55,508 nt of DNA from a virus. Lineage: Duplodnaviria; Caudoviricetes. The position numbers and the translations under genes were made by a program. Numbering within the stretch: position 1 is the first letter of the stretch; every line of letters begins with the position of its first letter. Below, piece by piece: positions 46,175 through 55,508 of the stretch. The notes under the pieces were generated by a model, which saw nothing but the letters and a program-made list of their open reading frames with translations, was not told the DNA's origin and made no database searches. The stretch spans positions 1 through 55,508 of the IMG/VR virus record IMGVR_UViG_3300050343_000179. One strand, 5' to 3'.

Positions 46175-46201
46175 AAAAAAAGCCGTGCTCTCCAACACGG
46201 C
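46175..46201 (-). terminator. intrinsic terminator after major tail gene
   Basis: GCCGTGTT-GGAG-AGCACGGC followed by T7. Confidence 0.8.
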
Positions 46202-46223
46202 CTCGGAAACCCATCTGTTCAGA

Positions 46224-47162
46224 TCAAGTGTACACCAAGCTGAACTCGTCGTTACCTGCTGTGGAGGGAATCGCGGTGTATGGGATGTTCAGCATCGCAA
46301 TGCCGTCCTGGTCACCATAGCTCACGTCTCCGATATCGACTTGGGTGCTAGCAAAATCAACAATGTTCCCAGCAGTGGTGCCGTGCTGGAACGTCAAGTT
46401 ACCCAGCGTGCCATCAGTCAAGGCAGCGGTAAAGTAATCCTTCGTGGCAATTGAAATCATCTCGATGGTCACGCTACCGCTTGCGTTGCGATCAGTAATG
46501 ATCACTTCCTTGTCACAGCCAATCAACTCGCGGTAAACAACAGAATTTCCTATGTCCATGCTCACAGACTGCAAACAGCCAGAGTAAGAAAGCAAGGAGA
46601 AGGTGTCTGTGTTGCCGTTCTTGAAGATCAGCGGTGTTGCTTGATTCGCGTAAGTGACGCTAGGCAGTGCTGAATCGTCAGGAGCGTTATAGATGCCAGT
46701 GAAGGTAAAATCAATCGAAGGGATTTCGCCAACGTTTGCATTTAAGGTAAAAGTTCCCCTGGCACCAGTCACCTTGTGACGAACACCATCAATGTTGTAG
46801 TGAATAGTGACTGACTTGAAACTGCTGCTAGTAGGAGAATAAGCAACGCTTGCTCCTGCACTGACAACCTCGTTCAATCCGCAAGCCCTAAGCGCCTTGC
46901 CGTACTGAGGAGCGGTGCCAGCAGTACCAGATCCTGCTAGCTCAACGCTGAATGTACATTCAACGCGAGTGTTAGCCAACAGTTGCTCAGAAGCGCCCAA
47001 GTAAGGACGAATCAGATCGCGATTAACAACATCACTCTGCTGTGGAGTGATGTTCAGATCCCTCACCAAAACCGCGTCGGTTCCTGTTGGAGTCGGATCG
47101 ACTCCGTAGCTCGACTCTGTTTCGATCAGAATCAGTCGTTTCCTGAGAAGAAGTGGTGCCAT
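46224..47162 (-). CDS. major tail tube protein
   Basis: 312 aa; E..YG.DP, VELAGSGTAGTAP, GARG; followed by a terminator. Confidence 0.85.
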   Translation of the reverse strand: MAPLLLRKRLILIETESSYGVDPTPTGTDAVLVRDLNITPQQSDVVNRDLIRPYLGASEQLLANTRVECTFSVELAGSGTAGTAPQYGKALRACGLNEVVSAGASVAYSPTSSSFKSVTIHYNIDGVRHKVTGARGTFTLNANVGEIPSIDFTFTGIYNAPDDSALPSVTYANQATPLIFKNGNTDTFSLLSYSGCLQSVSMDIGNSVVYRELIGCDKEVIITDRNASGSVTIEMISIATKDYFTAALTDGTLGNLTFQHGTTAGNIVDFASTQVDIGDVSYGDQDGIAMLNIPYTAIPSTAGNDEFSLVYT

Positions 47163-47268
47163 TTTCTTGTGGGGGGTCGGCGGGAAGTGTTCGCTTGATC
47201 AGAGTGCGTTTTCCGGTTTCTGGATCGATTAAATACGACCCACCTTGACCGCTGTACTCGTCTTTCAT
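47032..47268 (-). CDS. small hypothetical protein overlapping the tail tube start
   Basis: MKDEYSGQGGSYLIDPETGKRTLIKRT N-terminus fills the gap; the tail overlaps by 131 nt. Confidence 0.55.
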   Translation of the reverse strand: MKDEYSGQGGSYLIDPETGKRTLIKRTLPADPPQENGTTSSQETTDSDRNRVELRSRSDSNRNRRGFGEGSEHHSTAE

Positions 47269-47293
47269 CGTAATCCTTGCAACTGCTTAGACC

Positions 47294-47722
47294 TTAATAG
47301 GCAGTAAGGTCTGCTACTTGAGTGCGATAAAGCACTTCGTAATCACAAGAAAATACCCCTGCAGGCTGATCCGCATCAAAGAAATCAAAGTTAGTAATTA
47401 CAGGCTGAATATCAATCGCCAATCCACCCAGAGTCAAATCCGCCATTAACAGTGAGTGCATCGACTGGATCACCGGATCAGCGTCCGTGTAAGCGTTAGG
47501 GGATCGAATGGTCACGATCACTCTTACCCTCATCGTCCAGTCAAGCTTTGGCAGGCTTGTGTTCTGCTGACAGGTGTCAGTTGTTGGTTCAACAATGACT
47601 GCAGGCGACTCAGCTCTAGCCAATGCTGTAACCCTTGATCTATAGACCCTTCCACTCACGCCAGCAGTGCTTGCAAGCGTTGTGGCGATCTGAGCCAAAA
47701 TTTGCTCGCGTCTGGTAGCCAT
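47294..47722 (-). CDS. tail terminator protein
   Basis: TRREQI...GRVYRSR...YRT; position in the neck cluster. Confidence 0.75.
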   Translation of the reverse strand: MATRREQILAQIATTLASTAGVSGRVYRSRVTALARAESPAVIVEPTTDTCQQNTSLPKLDWTMRVRVIVTIRSPNAYTDADPVIQSMHSLLMADLTLGGLAIDIQPVITNFDFFDADQPAGVFSCDYEVLYRTQVADLTAY

Positions 47723-48006
47723 TAGTCTTTCATCAACATTAACTCGACAAACTTGCCATCGTCCATCAGGTTGGCGCTTCTAACAGTGTATTTGACATCA
47801 TCAACAGTTACCTTGTCGCTATGCAAAAGGTTTCCAAACTGCGAGGTCAAACAGGTCAATTTAAAATCAGTTGTTAGTACAACGCCATCGGCAATAATTT
47901 CGCTAGGCATGTCTAAAATTCCAACGCCCTCAATAGCGCCAGACTTAACGCACACGCCAAAATCATCAATGGCCAAAAATACGCTTAGATCTTCTTCAAA
48001 TGCCAT
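47722..48006 (-). CDS. head-tail joining (gpFII-like) protein
   Basis: Start MAFEEDL; GILD.P...V.VD...YTVR...DDG. Confidence 0.75.
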   Translation of the reverse strand: MAFEEDLSVFLAIDDFGVCVKSGAIEGVGILDMPSEIIADGVVLTTDFKLTCLTSQFGNLLHSDKVTVDDVKYTVRSANLMDDGKFVELMLMKD

Positions 48007-48037
48007 AAAAAAAAAGCGCCTAACCAAGGCTAGACGC
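48007..48037 (-). terminator. intrinsic terminator after head genes
   Basis: GCGTCTAGCC-TT-GGTTAGGCGC followed by T9. Confidence 0.75.
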
Positions 48038-48046
48038 ATACGGTGA

Positions 48047-48418
48047 TCAGGCGTACTTCAGGGCACCAAAAGCGTTGACGCTATAGGTGTGAGTAGAAGT
48101 AGATACTGTTGAAACAGCCTTGATGAAACGCTTGGCGCTTCCTTTGTCGAAAACTAACGTTTGCTTGCTTGCGCTTGTGCTCACTTGAGTGAAAGAGGCG
48201 TCAGAAACGTCAGAATAAGTTCCGCCAGATGTATCAGCTGATTGAATTTTGACATCCAAGGTTGATGTTCCGCCATTCTCAACATCGAGAATCACGCAAA
48301 TGTCGCCTTCGTAGTCATTCAAGTCAACAGCTGTGCCATCAAGAGCAGAGGTGCGTGAAGCTGTTGGTGCTAACGCAAAATGCGAAAGCTTTTCTAAGCC
48401 AACAGAAAGGATGGTCAT
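48047..48418 (-). CDS. putative capsid decoration protein
   Basis: 123 aa, beta-rich, last gene before the head terminator. Confidence 0.6.
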   Translation of the reverse strand: MTILSVGLEKLSHFALAPTASRTSALDGTAVDLNDYEGDICVILDVENGGTSTLDVKIQSADTSGGTYSDVSDASFTQVSTSASKQTLVFDKGSAKRFIKAVSTVSTSTHTYSVNAFGALKYA

Positions 48419-48657
48419 TGGTCTTCTCCAAGGGTTTGCTTTTTACTGGCACGCCGTGCAGGAGGCTTAGGCGGACAGGACGGTGCCTTCGGAGGGCACG
48501 ATGGAGCAGCCTCAACAAGCGGCTCAAGATCTGCGGCCACTTTGGCCTTGTCGCTGTTAATCAGCAGCGTGGCAATGCCTTGCTCGACTTCAACAAAAGA
48601 GCCTGCTTTCACAGGCTCCCCGTTGATCATCACATTGCGTGTGATTTCAACTCTCAT
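48415..48657 (-). CDS. small head-associated protein with Pro/Lys tail
   Basis: Directly after the capsid gene; APSCPPK occurs twice. Confidence 0.65.
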   Translation of the reverse strand: MRVEITRNVMINGEPVKAGSFVEVEQGIATLLINSDKAKVAADLEPLVEAAPSCPPKAPSCPPKPPARRASKKQTLGEDQ

Positions 48658-48662
48658 GAGCT

Positions 48663-50846
48663 TTAGCTAGCGAAGCAGAAGGCAGAAGGCTGCTTGACAG
48701 CAAAGTCAACATCCTGAAGAGCGATAACGCGAACGGTACCAGCAGTAGCGCCAGCGTAAGGATCAACAGTGAGATCCAAGCCAGACCACATGCCCATGAT
48801 GAACATGGAGAAGTCACCGAACAGTGCGTCGTTAGAAGCAAGCTGGTTGGAGACGATTACGGGATAACCGTTGATCTCGTTATCAGCGAAGACGAACTGG
48901 CCGCTTCCAGCGTCCTTCTTAGTGCCTTTCAAGCCGCCACGGGTGGTGGCGTTGACGATGTAGCGAAGAGAGCCAGCGTCAGCGTTACCTGCAGCAACGT
49001 CGGTTTCCATCGCAATGTACTCAAGGAAGGTGCCGGTGCCCGTAAGGGTCTCGGATCCAATTCCGCTCACGTTGGTCAAACCTTGAGGCTGATTGGAAGA
49101 GCCGGTGCCGTAGATAGCAGCGCGGTCAATTTCCAGTGCGATCACACGAGCAAGGTCGTTGCGAACCATGCCTTCAACGTCGATGCTGCTCTGAAGCAAC
49201 AAGCGACGGCTGTAATCAACAAAAGCACCCACAGTTTTGGGTGTCATGTTGACCTGATCGATTGCTTGCTGAGATTCGCTAGGAGCAGCGTTCTCGCCGA
49301 CCCAGTAGGCCGTCGCACTTGAGGTCAATCGCGGAATTGACACATTGCCCTGGAGGCCGGTCAGCATCGTTGCGCCAGCCTGAGCGATTGACAGGCGGTT
49401 ACGAAGCAGATCGATGAAGCTTCCAGCCAGAAGCACATCGTCAACCAAGTCACCACCAGCTGTAGGCGTACCTACAACCAAGTCGCGACGAAGGACTTCG
49501 TTAGGGATAACGATGCCGTTTGAAGAACGCTCGTACTGCTTGGCAGCAGCCTCGCCAACTTCAATTTCAAATGCTGCATCGCGACGAGCCTGAGCATCAC
49601 CCTGGTTAGAGAGATAGTTCAGAGCTTTGACGAAGCTGAAGCTGCGGGTCTCTTTATCAGAAAGCCCAATGTCGTTGGCGGTGATGCTGTGTTCCACGGG
49701 TTGAGTTCCGATTTTTTCGAGGACAGCAGCGCGAGCCTCATCGACAGACTGGCCGCCGGAGATCAATTCGCGTGCAAGGTCGGAGAGGTTATGACGCTCG
49801 CCGAGTTTGTTGATAGACGCAATCCGGGTACGTTCGGCCTCTACGGCCTCAGACCGGATCACCTCCACATCAGTTGTGGTGCTTTCCATGACTTCCTCAG
49901 TCACTGTGTTTACGGGAGATGCGGTCGAAGCCGCAGTTTCAATATCAGAGTCAACGTCCTCTAAAGAACGATCAACTCCAACGTTTACGTCAGAATCAGA
50001 GGTCTCAAGAGAACGTCCAACTCCAACAGTGGGGTCAGCTGGGATAACAGCTAACGAAACCTCGTAAGGCGACCAATTGGTAGCTACGAGGCCATCTTCG
50101 CGCTCCTCCATTTTATCAATGGAGTAGCCGAAAGAAACGCCGCGAAGGATTCCATCGCGAACGTCTTGGAGCACTTCTTGCGCAAATTTATTGCGCGAAA
50201 AGCGCACCTTGGCGTAACCGCGTTTCTTCTCACCATCAACCCAAGCACGTTCGACAACGCCGATCATGCGATCAGGATCATGGTTATAAAGAAGCGGTGC
50301 GCCATCGTTGAGTCGCGAAAGATTCGCAGACTCCATGCCGTGACTCAGGATTTCGTTTCCAAAGTAACGAGCCACGGGATATTCAGAGCTGAATGGAAAT
50401 TCCATGCTCCTTTCGTCAACCATGTTGAAACTTGTTGCTTCAACACGCTTGAACTTTGTACCTTCAAGATCGCGAGACAATTCTTTTTTAGAACTCTCTT
50501 CTGCGACAACATCTGGCACCTCCGTAGTAAGTTCCATTGCGCGTAAGGCTGCGATCTTTTTCAGTGTACTGAATCTATGCCCTGCATAAACATCAGTCTC
50601 ACGCCAACCTTCGCTTCCTTCACGGTAAATTTGAATTAACGCTGCAGGATTTTCTTCCTCGCCATTAATTACAACTTCCGCTCCAGGTACATCAAGCTGG
50701 CCATCGCGGATGATTTTTGTGATCTTGCCCTGTGCGTTTCCGCCAGGAGTGTTCCAGCGCACGAAATCACCAACTTTTAATTCGTCAGGTTCGGCTCTGG
50801 TCTCTTCATCAATTGGAAGATCCATGATTGGTTCCTCAGCCATCAC
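48663..50846 (-). CDS. prohead protease-major capsid fusion (HK97 fold)
   Basis: PLLYNHD, VSFGY and EVSLAVIPADP protease motifs; C-terminal HK97 capsid (ALEIDRAAIYGTG, FGDFS). Confidence 0.93.
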   Translation of the reverse strand: MMAEEPIMDLPIDEETRAEPDELKVGDFVRWNTPGGNAQGKITKIIRDGQLDVPGAEVVINGEEENPAALIQIYREGSEGWRETDVYAGHRFSTLKKIAALRAMELTTEVPDVVAEESSKKELSRDLEGTKFKRVEATSFNMVDERSMEFPFSSEYPVARYFGNEILSHGMESANLSRLNDGAPLLYNHDPDRMIGVVERAWVDGEKKRGYAKVRFSRNKFAQEVLQDVRDGILRGVSFGYSIDKMEEREDGLVATNWSPYEVSLAVIPADPTVGVGRSLETSDSDVNVGVDRSLEDVDSDIETAASTASPVNTVTEEVMESTTTDVEVIRSEAVEAERTRIASINKLGERHNLSDLARELISGGQSVDEARAAVLEKIGTQPVEHSITANDIGLSDKETRSFSFVKALNYLSNQGDAQARRDAAFEIEVGEAAAKQYERSSNGIVIPNEVLRRDLVVGTPTAGGDLVDDVLLAGSFIDLLRNRLSIAQAGATMLTGLQGNVSIPRLTSSATAYWVGENAAPSESQQAIDQVNMTPKTVGAFVDYSRRLLLQSSIDVEGMVRNDLARVIALEIDRAAIYGTGSSNQPQGLTNVSGIGSETLTGTGTFLEYIAMETDVAAGNADAGSLRYIVNATTRGGLKGTKKDAGSGQFVFADNEINGYPVIVSNQLASNDALFGDFSMFIMGMWSGLDLTVDPYAGATAGTVRVIALQDVDFAVKQPSAFCFAS

Positions 50847-52324
50847 TCAACCTCCTCTGGGAGTTCATCAATAATGTCACGGTCAAGTTCAACATTAAGT
50901 TCTTCGGCTGCTTGCTGTTCACGAGAGAACTCAGTGAGGTTATCAAAGAAGTCTCCGCCAAGCTTCGCGACTATCTGAGCTTTGGTCATATAACCAGCCT
51001 GCTCCATCTGGCGGTAAGCCTTTGCTTCCTTCAATGGATCAACCCAATCCCATCCGCGTGCCATCCATCGTGGAGTGTCGTAACGCTCAGGCCGTGCGTC
51101 GTAATCGTCAAAAGGCAGTTCACCGGCTAATACAGCAAGGTCAAGCCATTCGCGAAACACACGATTATGAAAATTTTCAATCAAATAAGACTGAATAACC
51201 TTCCAATGCTCGCGATCTTCAAGCAAACTCAGTCTGCTGCTGCTGTAATTCGTCTCGCTAAAATCACGACTCAGCGTCTCGTAAGAACAACCAAAACCTG
51301 ACGCAAAACGCCGAACCTTATTTTTCACAAACATCTCGTACTGCTGATCAGGCGAGCTGATGTTTGGCACGCTTACGTTCTGGCCAGGCTCTAGATATTT
51401 CCACATGCCAGGCTCAAACTCGCTAATCCTGCGGTCAGCCTCGACATCATCGCCTTCAAGTTCGCCTTCTGGGCTTGTGACGAATCCCATCACAGAAGCT
51501 CCAGCACGGGCACGAATCACAGCGGCCTCCTCGTAACCCTGTAACTGATGAGCATCAGCCATCACTGAATGAAACCAAGGCACTCCGCGATGCTGTTGCG
51601 GACGCTCTGGAATAAACAGGTGAATTACGTCTTCCGCAGGCAGAAAAACATGCTTATCGCCTTTCTGAGGTGCATTTTGGAACCAATAGTCACCAGGATG
51701 ACGAGTTAAGAACGCATAGCGAACAGGACGACCCCATTCATTGATCTCAACGCCCATCCTCCACTCGTTGAGCTTCGCAAGCGTTGGTCCTTGATACTCC
51801 TCGTCGAGAACATCTGACTCGATCATCTCAAGTGCTAGTGGCACCCTGCTACCACCAAATGGGCGACGAATAATGCGGAATAACGCCTCACCTGACTCAG
51901 GCAAAGCACCAGTCGCCAGCCATTCCATCATGTGGAAGCTATGCCGTCCCGCAACATCGCAATACTGCGCACGGGTCCATAAATGCCACTTTTCCTCGAT
52001 CAGCCGATTGATTGCTTCACTAGGCTTCCGGCCCCGAACCTGCTGGACCTGGGACTGAAGCTTGATGCCACTGCCAACAACATTGACCTGAGTGGTGCGC
52101 TTAGCCTGTTTTGCATACGGATTATTCCGTACCATCTCACGCGAACGGTCGCGCAACTTGCTCAAGCTATTGCGAATTTCCGCGTCAGCACTGGCCCTAG
52201 TGCTCATCCAGTCGCTAGTAAGACGCGAAACAATCGCACCCGCATAACTACGGCGACGGCGAGGTTGCTCGCGAGGGACTCGTTGCAATCCGAGCGTTCT
52301 TAGAAATCGTGTACGGAGTCCCAT
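50843..52324 (-). CDS. portal protein, lambda family
   Basis: LRDRSR...NNPYA, RPQQHRGVP, NYSSSR and WVDPLKE. Confidence 0.95.
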   Translation of the reverse strand: MGLRTRFLRTLGLQRVPREQPRRRRSYAGAIVSRLTSDWMSTRASADAEIRNSLSKLRDRSREMVRNNPYAKQAKRTTQVNVVGSGIKLQSQVQQVRGRKPSEAINRLIEEKWHLWTRAQYCDVAGRHSFHMMEWLATGALPESGEALFRIIRRPFGGSRVPLALEMIESDVLDEEYQGPTLAKLNEWRMGVEINEWGRPVRYAFLTRHPGDYWFQNAPQKGDKHVFLPAEDVIHLFIPERPQQHRGVPWFHSVMADAHQLQGYEEAAVIRARAGASVMGFVTSPEGELEGDDVEADRRISEFEPGMWKYLEPGQNVSVPNISSPDQQYEMFVKNKVRRFASGFGCSYETLSRDFSETNYSSSRLSLLEDREHWKVIQSYLIENFHNRVFREWLDLAVLAGELPFDDYDARPERYDTPRWMARGWDWVDPLKEAKAYRQMEQAGYMTKAQIVAKLGGDFFDNLTEFSREQQAAEELNVELDRDIIDELPEEVE

Positions 52325-52911
52325 CAGCTTCTATTAAACCGGACGTAGAGATTATGCGGATCGCCAAGGCCAGAGGCAATCAATTTGGCTTTATTCTCCT
52401 TCGCCACAATAGACTTCAATCTTGACTCAAGTTCAAGCAATTCCGAAAGATCATATCGCTTTAAATTACGACTTCCGATTTTGTACTCAGCGACAGCACC
52501 GCCAGAAACGATGGACCTGATTGCTGCTTTTACCGCATCAAGATCTTTCTGCGCCTGTGTCCTGCCATCAAAAGCTCCAGGTGTGCCCGTGTAGGCCAAT
52601 GACGGGCGAACCTCAACTTGACCTCGGCTGTATTCCTGAACAGTGTTATCGCTTGCCTTGGTTAAGACTGCTTGAAAAAACCAGCCGGGATTGGCGATCA
52701 TTGAGCCACTAACGGCAGAAGATAAAGTTGTCTTCCAGCCGCTGTTATAGGCAACTGCTGTTGCTGTAACGCCCTCTGATTCAGCGTTTAGACGAAAATA
52801 ATAAACTAAAGAATGAGTGGAGCTGGTTACAGCATCGCCAAACACGTCAACAGTCTCGGCATCAACCCATACCGCATCCACGCCGCTTGTTATGGATGGA
52901 GGGATTGCCAT
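52324..52911 (-). CDS. head completion/adaptor (gpW-like) with N-terminal extension
   Basis: C-terminal EYKIGSRNLKRYDLSEL; lies between terL and portal. Confidence 0.75.
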   Translation of the reverse strand: MAIPPSITSGVDAVWVDAETVDVFGDAVTSSTHSLVYYFRLNAESEGVTATAVAYNSGWKTTLSSAVSGSMIANPGWFFQAVLTKASDNTVQEYSRGQVEVRPSLAYTGTPGAFDGRTQAQKDLDAVKAAIRSIVSGGAVAEYKIGSRNLKRYDLSELLELESRLKSIVAKENKAKLIASGLGDPHNLYVRFNRS

Positions 52912-52946
52912 CTACATAAGTCACTTGATATTGAGCAGTCTAACTC

Positions 52947-54806
52947 TTACCACTGATTAACGAAACTTTTCTGAGTTCGCTTAGCCGAAACTGCACGCTT
53001 GGACTCTTTCCGCTCTTCAGGTGTTCTTTCCATCTGGTCCCACAACGTTCTGCGGTCTTTGATTTGATACACGCGATTTAAGGCCGCGTAAGCATAAACA
53101 AGCTCGTCCAATGCTTCGTTTCTTGCGCTGCTCTTTTTTACCCAGATTCGCTCAGGAAATCCATTCCTGAATCTGAGCACCTGTTTTTCTGCAGTCAACT
53201 CCTCGAAATAATCTTTATCAACCGTTGGATAAAAATGCAAATACCCTGGGCCGACATCGTTGTGCTTCAATCTGCCGAACAGCAGTGACTTGATCGTGTC
53301 CGATCCAACAGGGAAAACCTGAGCACCTTTCTTGAGGGTCTTGCCCTGCGCATTCAGGTCAACCTTGCTCGCCTTGCCAATTGGCGGCTTGTTCTTGGTT
53401 GACATGCCCTTAATTGCAACAACACCCAAGCTCTGACGCTCTCTTGCGTATTGGTACACCTCACTGGTGTGGTGACCACCAGAGTCAATTGCTACCACCA
53501 TTGGCTTCAACTCACGACCATCTTCAGACTCATATGGAGTTTGCACAATCTCATCCAATTGCTTCCACACTTCCTTGCGTGACGGATCACCGTAAATTTT
53601 CACCCTATCGATCAGCCAACCTTGCTCCTCACGGCCCCATCCCCAAACACTGAGCGACAAGCGGTCGTCCTGGGTGTCGCAGCCAACAGTGAGCAACAAT
53701 GCCCCTGAAGGCAGCACACCCTGCTTGTAATTTTCTTCAGCTGAACGTTCGCTAAGAGCATCTGCGCCCACCTTGGACGCATATTCGTCCTCCCACGTTT
53801 CTCCGAGGACAGTGTTGACGAATGTCTTTAACTGCTCTGCGTCGTTCTTCGCATCAAGAAACTCCTCGACCAGCGTTGACCAGCTTGCGTTTGGGCTGTA
53901 GCTGTACGCCGCCCAGATATGAAACGAGACGTGCTTACCATTGCCAGGCGCGGTGGGCCGCCACTCACCGCGTTCAACCATCCAACGCTTCTTCGCTGCT
54001 GGGATCCATACGCCACAGCCTTCGCAGCAGTAACTAGCTGTGTCAGGGTCGTTGTCGTGCCACTTCATGTTTGCCCATTTCAAATACTGCATATGTCCGC
54101 AGTCAGGGCACGGCACGAAATAGCGCCTTTGATCACCCTGTAGAAACATTCGCTCGACACGGCTGAAATCTTTAACCGTTGGCGTTGACCCCGCCACGAT
54201 TTTTCTGTTCCAGTAATACTCAGTACGCCTAATCCCAAGCTTGATCTGATCGCCCTCGGTGCCAGCTGAAGGTGGATAGCCATCAACCTCATCAAATAGC
54301 ACCACTCGCCTGCTCACGCGCCTAAATCCACGCGGACTGTTAGCGCCAACCAAGCTCAAGCTCCCGCCAGGGAATTGCTTCTGCAGGATCGTGTTGGCTC
54401 CGTCTTTTGACTTGGCCTCGCTCACTACACCTTTAAGGCAAGGCGTGTCGCGCAACATTGGCGCGATCTCTTCCTTTGAATAGCCCTGTGCATCCTCAAT
54501 CGTGGGCTGCACAATCATGATCGGACATGGATCCTGGTGAATATGAAAAGCCGCGACGTGATTAAGAATTTTGCTGTACCCGACACGGGCACTTTTCATC
54601 ACGCTGATCTGCTCGATCTTCGGATTAGTGATTGCATCCATTATTCCTTTCTGATATGGCAGCGTGTGCCATCTACCGCCTTCTGCGCTTGATTCTGCGC
54701 TTAAATACGCATAAGAGTCCGCCCACTCACTTAAAGTCATCTTCTTTGGCGGTTTAAACGCTAAAGCGGCTGACTTTCTTAGTTTTTCTACGTTATTCGC
54801 TGTCAC
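52947..54806 (-). CDS. terL: terminase large subunit (lambda GpA family)
   Basis: LPYQ, KSARVGYS, DEVD, STPT, DTQDDRL, IDSGG and RNEALD. Confidence 0.97.
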   Translation of the reverse strand: MTANNVEKLRKSAALAFKPPKKMTLSEWADSYAYLSAESSAEGGRWHTLPYQKGIMDAITNPKIEQISVMKSARVGYSKILNHVAAFHIHQDPCPIMIVQPTIEDAQGYSKEEIAPMLRDTPCLKGVVSEAKSKDGANTILQKQFPGGSLSLVGANSPRGFRRVSRRVVLFDEVDGYPPSAGTEGDQIKLGIRRTEYYWNRKIVAGSTPTVKDFSRVERMFLQGDQRRYFVPCPDCGHMQYLKWANMKWHDNDPDTASYCCEGCGVWIPAAKKRWMVERGEWRPTAPGNGKHVSFHIWAAYSYSPNASWSTLVEEFLDAKNDAEQLKTFVNTVLGETWEDEYASKVGADALSERSAEENYKQGVLPSGALLLTVGCDTQDDRLSLSVWGWGREEQGWLIDRVKIYGDPSRKEVWKQLDEIVQTPYESEDGRELKPMVVAIDSGGHHTSEVYQYARERQSLGVVAIKGMSTKNKPPIGKASKVDLNAQGKTLKKGAQVFPVGSDTIKSLLFGRLKHNDVGPGYLHFYPTVDKDYFEELTAEKQVLRFRNGFPERIWVKKSSARNEALDELVYAYAALNRVYQIKDRRTLWDQMERTPEERKESKRAVSAKRTQKSFVNQW

Positions 54807-55350
54807 CAGCTAAATCTTCTAAGGCTTCGCGCACAATATCATCTAAAACACCAATAGCGTCTGTGTCTAAGTCTGGTATCCGCTGTTTTGCCTTGGTTGG
54901 TATCCCTAATAGCTTTGTTCTTGCGCGGGTGATAATTTCTGACCACTCCAACGCGATGTCTTCTGCTTTGACCAAGAGTCCCTCTTTTTGTTGTCGGTCA
55001 AGTTCAAGCAATTCTGCCTTTAAGTGCTCCGTTCGCGCACGGGATTCGTCATAGTCGGGGATCGACTCCTGAGTCTTGCTGATCCTTGGCTGCTCCGATC
55101 CTGAAGCCATCCTCTCCTCGCGACTGCGCAAAGGCTTCTTTTCTTTGCCTTGCCCGGCGGCTTTAGGGCCGATACCAATTCTCGTTTGAGTGTTTCTAGC
55201 CCATTCCTCTCGCATTGTTTCGCTATCCACAACAGGCTTGCCAGATGAGTCTTTCTTGACCGATAATCTTCCGCTTTTTACTGCTGCGTATACGGCTTCG
55301 GGTGATACGCCCAATGCGCGTGCGGCTTCGGACCTGCTTATTAACGCCAT
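54793..55350 (-). CDS. terS: terminase small subunit (Nu1-like)
   Basis: N-terminal HTH (SRSEAARALGVS), then coiled coil; directly upstream of terL. Confidence 0.9.
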   Translation of the reverse strand: MALISRSEAARALGVSPEAVYAAVKSGRLSVKKDSSGKPVVDSETMREEWARNTQTRIGIGPKAAGQGKEKKPLRSREERMASGSEQPRISKTQESIPDYDESRARTEHLKAELLELDRQQKEGLLVKAEDIALEWSEIITRARTKLLGIPTKAKQRIPDLDTDAIGVLDDIVREALEDLAGDSE

Positions 55351-55497
55351 GATGTAAATACGTTGAAGAAAATATAGCGCACACTAAAAAAAGATGCTAA
55401 GATGTCCGGTTTCGTTTTTTCGATCCTTGGGCGAAGTGTGTTTTCATTTATTTAATCGAAACAACTTTCGTGGGCGATGCCTAGGAAAATAGTGTGC

Positions 55498-55508
55498 ATC
55501 GAATGACC
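55498..55508. repeat. 11-nt terminal direct repeat, probable cohesive end
   Basis: Identical to 1-11. Confidence 0.8.

Noticed and set aside
1-55508. Integrated prophage or lysogeny module
   Set aside because: No integrase, CI/Cro pair, ParAB, att site or host flanking genes were recognised. A divergent one among the hypothetical genes cannot be excluded.

Overview
This looks like a complete ~55.5 kb genome of a lambda-like (cos-packaging) siphovirus, most likely a marine or brackish picocyanobacterial (Synechococcus-type) phage, given in reverse orientation. The first and last 11 nt are identical (ATCGAATGACC), lie just upstream of terS and sit next to a lambda cosQ-like GGGTCCT. A minus-strand morphogenesis operon runs from 55350 to ~18360: terS, terL, gpW-like, portal, protease-capsid fusion, neck, tail tube, frameshifted tail chaperones, a split tape measure, tail tip, several fibres, lysis genes, dcd and HNH. 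A plus-strand DNA metabolism block spans 9687-18360: SF2 helicase, VRR-NUC, DEDDh exonuclease, RecE-like nuclease, SSB-like protein and thyX. A minus-strand block at 3034-9492 carries a primase-helicase, a putative origin, an NblA-like gene, a degenerate LigA domain, a dNMP kinase and a gpZ-like gene. I recognised no integrase, CI-type repressor, DNA polymerase, tRNA, CRISPR array or photosystem gene. The most unusual part is the cos-proximal ~3 kb. It has a 21-unit GC-rich tandem array, a small-gene cassette bracketed by four copies of a bipartite motif, poly-A translation leaders and a consensus cyanobacterial LexA box. Also notable is a second candidate -1 frameshift, in a holin-like gene. 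All family assignments come from motif recognition by eye, not database searches.
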